From contig CAVQEQ010000003.1 in the NCBI GenBank assembly GCA_963711565.1, positions 544,001 through 608,000 of the forward strand: a DNA stretch of 64,000 nucleotides. The letters run 5' to 3'. Below the pieces are notes generated by a model. The model saw only the letters and a program-made list of their open reading frames with translations. It was not told the DNA's origin and made no database searches. Source of the stretch: an uncultured delta proteobacterium (lineage in GTDB: Bacteria; Desulfobacterota; Binatia; Binatales; Binataceae). Within the stretch, counting starts at the first letter, position 1; every line of letters starts with the position of its first letter. Position numbers and translations under genes: made by a program. Of this stretch, positions 60,263 through 64,000 are shown piece after piece.

Positions 60263-60868
60263 ATGACAAAACTTCACGGAACTTCAAGATCACGCAGCGC
60301 CCGGTCTTTGTGGGCGCTCGAAGAGCTCGGCGTCAGCTACGAGCATCTTCCGATGCCGACTACCGACGCCAAGTCGCCCGCGCATCTCAAGCTCAATCCC
60401 AACGGCCACGTGCCCGTGCTCGAAGACGACGGCGCCGTGGTTTGGGAATCGATGGCGATCAATCTCTACCTGGCCGAAAAATACGGCAAGAATTCGCTGT
60501 GGCCGTCCGATCCCGCCGCGCGCGCCGAGATCTACAAGTGGAGTTTCTGGGCGATAACCGAAGTCGAGCCGCATCTCCTCACCTTGTTGCGCAACCGCGT
60601 GATGGCTCCGCCCGATCAGCGTGACGAGAAGGCCGCGCAGGCCGCCGTCGAAGCGTTGAAGGCGCCGATGAACGCGCTCGAGGAATCGCTCAAGGGCAAG
60701 GAATTTCTGCTCGGCAAGAACTTTACGATCGCGGATCTGAATGTAGCAGCGGTCATGAGTTGGATGCCGATGATGAAGCTGGACCTGTCGTCAACGCCGA
60801 ACGTTGCGGCATGGCTGCAGAAGTGTCTCGGACGCGAAGCGAATAAAAAAGTTCGCGGGCTGAAGTAA
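60263..60868 (+). CDS. Glutathione S-transferase family protein
   Basis: LNPNGHVPVL, WESMAINLYL, FTIADL. Confidence 0.92.
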   Translation: MTKLHGTSRSRSARSLWALEELGVSYEHLPMPTTDAKSPAHLKLNPNGHVPVLEDDGAVVWESMAINLYLAEKYGKNSLWPSDPAARAEIYKWSFWAITEVEPHLLTLLRNRVMAPPDQRDEKAAQAAVEALKAPMNALEESLKGKEFLLGKNFTIADLNVAAVMSWMPMMKLDLSSTPNVAAWLQKCLGREANKKVRGLK

Positions 60869-60898
60869 TCGGCAGCCGAAGGAAGTGAGGTAGCAATC

Positions 60899-62041
60899 AT
60901 GGGAGTGTTGTCAGGCTATCGCGTCATCGAGCTGGCCGGGATTGGCCCCGGACCAATGTGTGCGATGCTGCTGTCGGACATGGGCGCGGACGTGCTCCGA
61001 ATCGATCGCGCAGCGGACGCCGGTTTGGGCATCGCAATGGATCCGAAGTACAGCCTGCTGAATCGCGGCCGCCGCTCGGTCGCATTCGATCTCAAAAAGC
61101 CCGAAGCGATCGAGGCCGTCCTGAAGCTGGTCGCGAAAGCCGACGCGTTGATCGAAGGTTTCCGTCCCGGCGTAACCGAGCGGCTCGGTCTCGGCCCCGA
61201 CGATTGCCTCAAGCGCAACCCGCGTCTCATCTATGGGCGCATGACGGGATGGGGCCAGGAGGGTCCGCTCGCGCATGCGGCCGGCCACGACATCAACTAC
61301 ATCGCGCTGTCGGGCGCGCTGCACAGCTTCGGGCGCAAAGGCGATGCTCCGGTTCCTCCGCTCAACCTGGTCGGCGATTTCGGCGGCGGCGCGCTTTACC
61401 TGGCTCTGGGAGTCGTCGCGGGCCTGCTCGAGGCGCAGAAGTCCGGCAAGGGTCAGGTGGTCGATGCGGCGATGGTCGATGGGGCCGCGTCGTTGATGAC
61501 CGCGATCTACGGCATGCACGGCTCTGGGTTCTGGAACAACGAGCGCGGCGACAACATCCTCGACACGGGAGCTCACTACTACGAAGTTTACGAAACCAAG
61601 GACGGCAAGTACGTCGCGATCGGATCGATCGAGGCGAAGTTCTATGCCGAGTTGCTCGAGAAGTCAGGGCTGAAGAGCGAAGAGCTTCCGCATCAGCAGG
61701 ATCGCAAGTCGTGGCCCAGGATGAAGGAGCGGCTGAAGACGCTGTTCCGTACGAAGACGCGTGACGAGTGGTGCAAAATAATGGAGGGCAGCGATATTTG
61801 CTTCGCGCCCGTGCTCAACATGGATGAAGCGCCGAAGCATCCGCACAATAAGCATCGCGGAACTTTCATCGAGGAAGGCGGAGTGACGCAGCCGGGACCC
61901 GCGCCTCGATTCTCGCGCACGCCGAGTAAGATTCAGCGCCCACCCGCGCGGCCGGGCGAGCATACCGTGGAAGCTCTGCGCGACTGGGGCTTCGCCGACT
62001 CGGATTTGGAGACGCTCCGCAAATGCGGCGCGATCACCTAG
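60899..62041 (+). CDS. CaiB/BaiF family CoA transferase (alpha-methylacyl-CoA racemase-like)
   Basis: AGIGPGP, EGFRPGV, AGHDINY, GDFGGG, PAPRFSRT. Confidence 0.92.
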   Translation: MGVLSGYRVIELAGIGPGPMCAMLLSDMGADVLRIDRAADAGLGIAMDPKYSLLNRGRRSVAFDLKKPEAIEAVLKLVAKADALIEGFRPGVTERLGLGPDDCLKRNPRLIYGRMTGWGQEGPLAHAAGHDINYIALSGALHSFGRKGDAPVPPLNLVGDFGGGALYLALGVVAGLLEAQKSGKGQVVDAAMVDGAASLMTAIYGMHGSGFWNNERGDNILDTGAHYYEVYETKDGKYVAIGSIEAKFYAELLEKSGLKSEELPHQQDRKSWPRMKERLKTLFRTKTRDEWCKIMEGSDICFAPVLNMDEAPKHPHNKHRGTFIEEGGVTQPGPAPRFSRTPSKIQRPPARPGEHTVEALRDWGFADSDLETLRKCGAIT

Positions 62042-62067
62042 GCGCTTAGTTCGTCGAACAGCGCCTA
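62039..62067. terminator. Hairpin spanning both stop codons of convergent genes
   Basis: taggcgct ... agcgccta arms with inner gttcg/cgaac pairing. Confidence 0.5.
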
Positions 62068-62391
62068 CTTCAGAGCGGAAAATGAGGTCGGCATCAGGAT
62101 GCTGTTGGTGATCGAGGCGACTATCGGGCCTTCGACTTCGCTCTTCGCCCGCGCCTCGATCCATTCGGGATCGGCAGCGAATGCGGCGAACTTCTTGTCG
62201 CGATCGGCCAGCGATTCCCATTGCAGCATATAAACCAGGTCGGAATTCGACTCACCGATCGCCACCGTCCAGAATCCGACCTGCTTGATGCCGTGCTTCT
62301 CGAACAAGCGGCAGGTGAGAGTGTCGAAGCGCTTCACGATCGCGGGCAAGCGTCCCGGCACGCAGTGATAAACGCGCAGCTCATAAACCAT
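62065..62391 (-). CDS. NIPSNAP family protein
   Basis: YELRVY..PG, KHGI..VGFW, DPEW, PTSFS. Confidence 0.9.
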   Translation of the reverse strand: MVYELRVYHCVPGRLPAIVKRFDTLTCRLFEKHGIKQVGFWTVAIGESNSDLVYMLQWESLADRDKKFAAFAADPEWIEARAKSEVEGPIVASITNSILMPTSFSALK

Positions 62392-62512
62392 CTCGTCTCC
62401 TCCTCAGCAAAGCGATTGATTACTGGACTCTCAATGCTATTGCCAGAGACTCAAGGAAACAGCCACCTGGCGCGCTGGCGCAGGCGGGGCTCGCTCAACT
62501 ATAAAATCGGGC

Positions 62513-63445
62513 ATGCGCCGATTTGATCGAATGCTTACCCGCGTCGCGATTCTTGCCGCGATCGTTCTGGTTGTCGATGTGACGCTGCCGACCCGCCCCG
62601 CTGCTGCCGGCGAGGCCGTCGCGCACACCATCGACGTAAACGGCGTGAGCCGTAACTACCTGCTCTACGTGCCGCCCGGGCAGAGTGGGAAACGTCTGCC
62701 GGCGTTCATCATGATGCACGGCAGCGGGAGCACTGCCGCGATGCAGGAACGCTACTCGAACCTCGATGCGTTCGCTCAGGCACACGGGCTTGTCGTCATG
62801 TATCCGAATGGAATCGACAAACACTGGAACGACGGGCGTGTGATCGGGCACGAGTCGATGGCGGACGACATCGCGTTCATGAAGGCGATGCTGGCGGAGG
62901 TCACGGCCCAGGGATTGATCGATCCCAAGCGAGTCTATGCGGCAGGGATTTCCAACGGCGGCTTCATGGCGCAGCACATGGCGTGTGTGATGCCCGACGC
63001 GCTGGCTGGAATCGCCGTGGTAGCGGCGACGCAGCCGGTCGATGCGGCGTGCCCGTCGCCGCACCCGATGCCCGTGATCTTCTTTCATGGCACCGCCGAC
63101 AAATTCGTTCCATTCGATGGCGGCCCGATCGCTCCGCAACTCGGTAATCGCGGCACCGCTATGAGCAATGCGCAGGCAGTCGCGATTTGGCAAAAGCGCA
63201 ACGGCTGCGGCCCTGCGCAAAAGACGCAGTTGCCCGTGAAGGACGATCCGATGCAGGTAACGGTCGAATCCTATTCCTGCCCTGCCGGGCGCGGATTGGA
63301 AGACGTGATCGTACAGGGCGGCGGCCATACATGGCCCGGCGCCCATCAGGGATGGCTGGCGACCAGAATCCTTGGACCGGTGACCGACAACATAGACGCC
63401 AACGACACGATGTGGACCTTCTTCCAGTCACAAGCCCCGAAGTGA
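62513..63445 (+). CDS. Secreted esterase (PHB depolymerase/LpqC-like)
   Basis: Signal, MHGSG, WNDG, GISNGG, HGTAD, GGGHTWPG. Confidence 0.88.
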   Translation: MRRFDRMLTRVAILAAIVLVVDVTLPTRPAAAGEAVAHTIDVNGVSRNYLLYVPPGQSGKRLPAFIMMHGSGSTAAMQERYSNLDAFAQAHGLVVMYPNGIDKHWNDGRVIGHESMADDIAFMKAMLAEVTAQGLIDPKRVYAAGISNGGFMAQHMACVMPDALAGIAVVAATQPVDAACPSPHPMPVIFFHGTADKFVPFDGGPIAPQLGNRGTAMSNAQAVAIWQKRNGCGPAQKTQLPVKDDPMQVTVESYSCPAGRGLEDVIVQGGGHTWPGAHQGWLATRILGPVTDNIDANDTMWTFFQSQAPK

Positions 63446-63470
63446 GCGATCACCGAGCCAGCGTGAAGGC

Positions 63471-63998
63471 CTATGCGCGACCTGTGAGGCGGGCGCGCTC
63501 GAGAACGCCTTCGAAAATTCGCACCGCCACGGCGTCCACCAGCATCCCGCCCGCTCCTGCGGCGCCTGCGCCGTCGCGCGTTGCCGCCTGGTAGGCTTCG
63601 GACATTTTGCGCGCGTTTTCGATTTCGTGCGGCGTCGGCGCGAACACGTCGTTGGCGATTTCGATCTGACTCGGATGTATCGCCCATTTGCCGACGGCGC
63701 CGAGCGTCGCCGCCCACGTCGCCTCGCGCCGGTAGCCATCGGGATCCCTGAAGTTGCCGAATGGCCCATCGATCGCGTCGATACCGTTGGCGCGGCACGC
63801 TGTGATCATCCGCACGCGCGCGTGATGCCACATGTCGCCGGGATACCGCAGCGCCGGATCGCTCGCGACGCCGAAGCGCATGCCCTGGCTCGCCGACAGA
63901 TCGCCGAAGCCGAGGATGAGCGCCTCGAGCCGCGGCGACGCCGCCGCAATTTCTTCGACGTGCGCAAGCGCGGCGCTCTCCTCGATCAGCGCCTCAAT
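63471..63998 (-). CDS. CoA-ester lyase (CitE/malyl-CoA lyase family), 5' end outside window
   Basis: LIEE, GFGDLSAS, AIDGP, GKWAIHPSQI motifs. Confidence 0.88.
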   Translation of the reverse strand: MEALIEESAALAHVEEIAAASPRLEALILGFGDLSASQGMRFGVASDPALRYPGDMWHHARVRMITACRANGIDAIDGPFGNFRDPDGYRREATWAATLGAVGKWAIHPSQIEIANDVFAPTPHEIENARKMSEAYQAATRDGAGAAGAGGMLVDAVAVRIFEGVLERARLTGRA

Positions 63999-64000
63999 AC

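Overview
High-GC bacterial chromosomal segment, densely coded. It has LPS genes (waaF, lpxD), an F420-type LLM, many CoA and redox enzymes, Ku/LigD, Kelch and Thr-rich secreted proteins; the gene mix resembles Binatota/deltaproteobacteria-like soil lineages (inference only). About 55 CDS, a Pro-Arg-His-Lys tRNA operon, two toxin-antitoxin pairs (RHH/PIN and HTH-MNT/HEPN) and two genes split by single-base frameshifts (S53 protease, YafY-type WYL regulator). No CRISPR array, integrase or transposase was seen. The most notable unexplained signal is non-coding: two intergenic elements (about 42308-42451 and 45306-45473), each with a near-consensus sigma54 promoter followed by stem-loops that display repeated UCCCC (anti-Shine-Dalgarno-like) motifs, i.e. 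a candidate sigma54-dependent sRNA family. Also notable are twin palindromic operators linking the WYL regulator to a cupin gene, a 14-bp motif shared by the mop operon and an HTH-PBP regulator 5 kb away, a Fur-boxed TonB receptor with a Cys-rich mini-protein, an operator-flanked ClpX-zinc-finger/HTH gene and a REP-like repeat family. All calls come from reading the sequence by eye; no searches were run.
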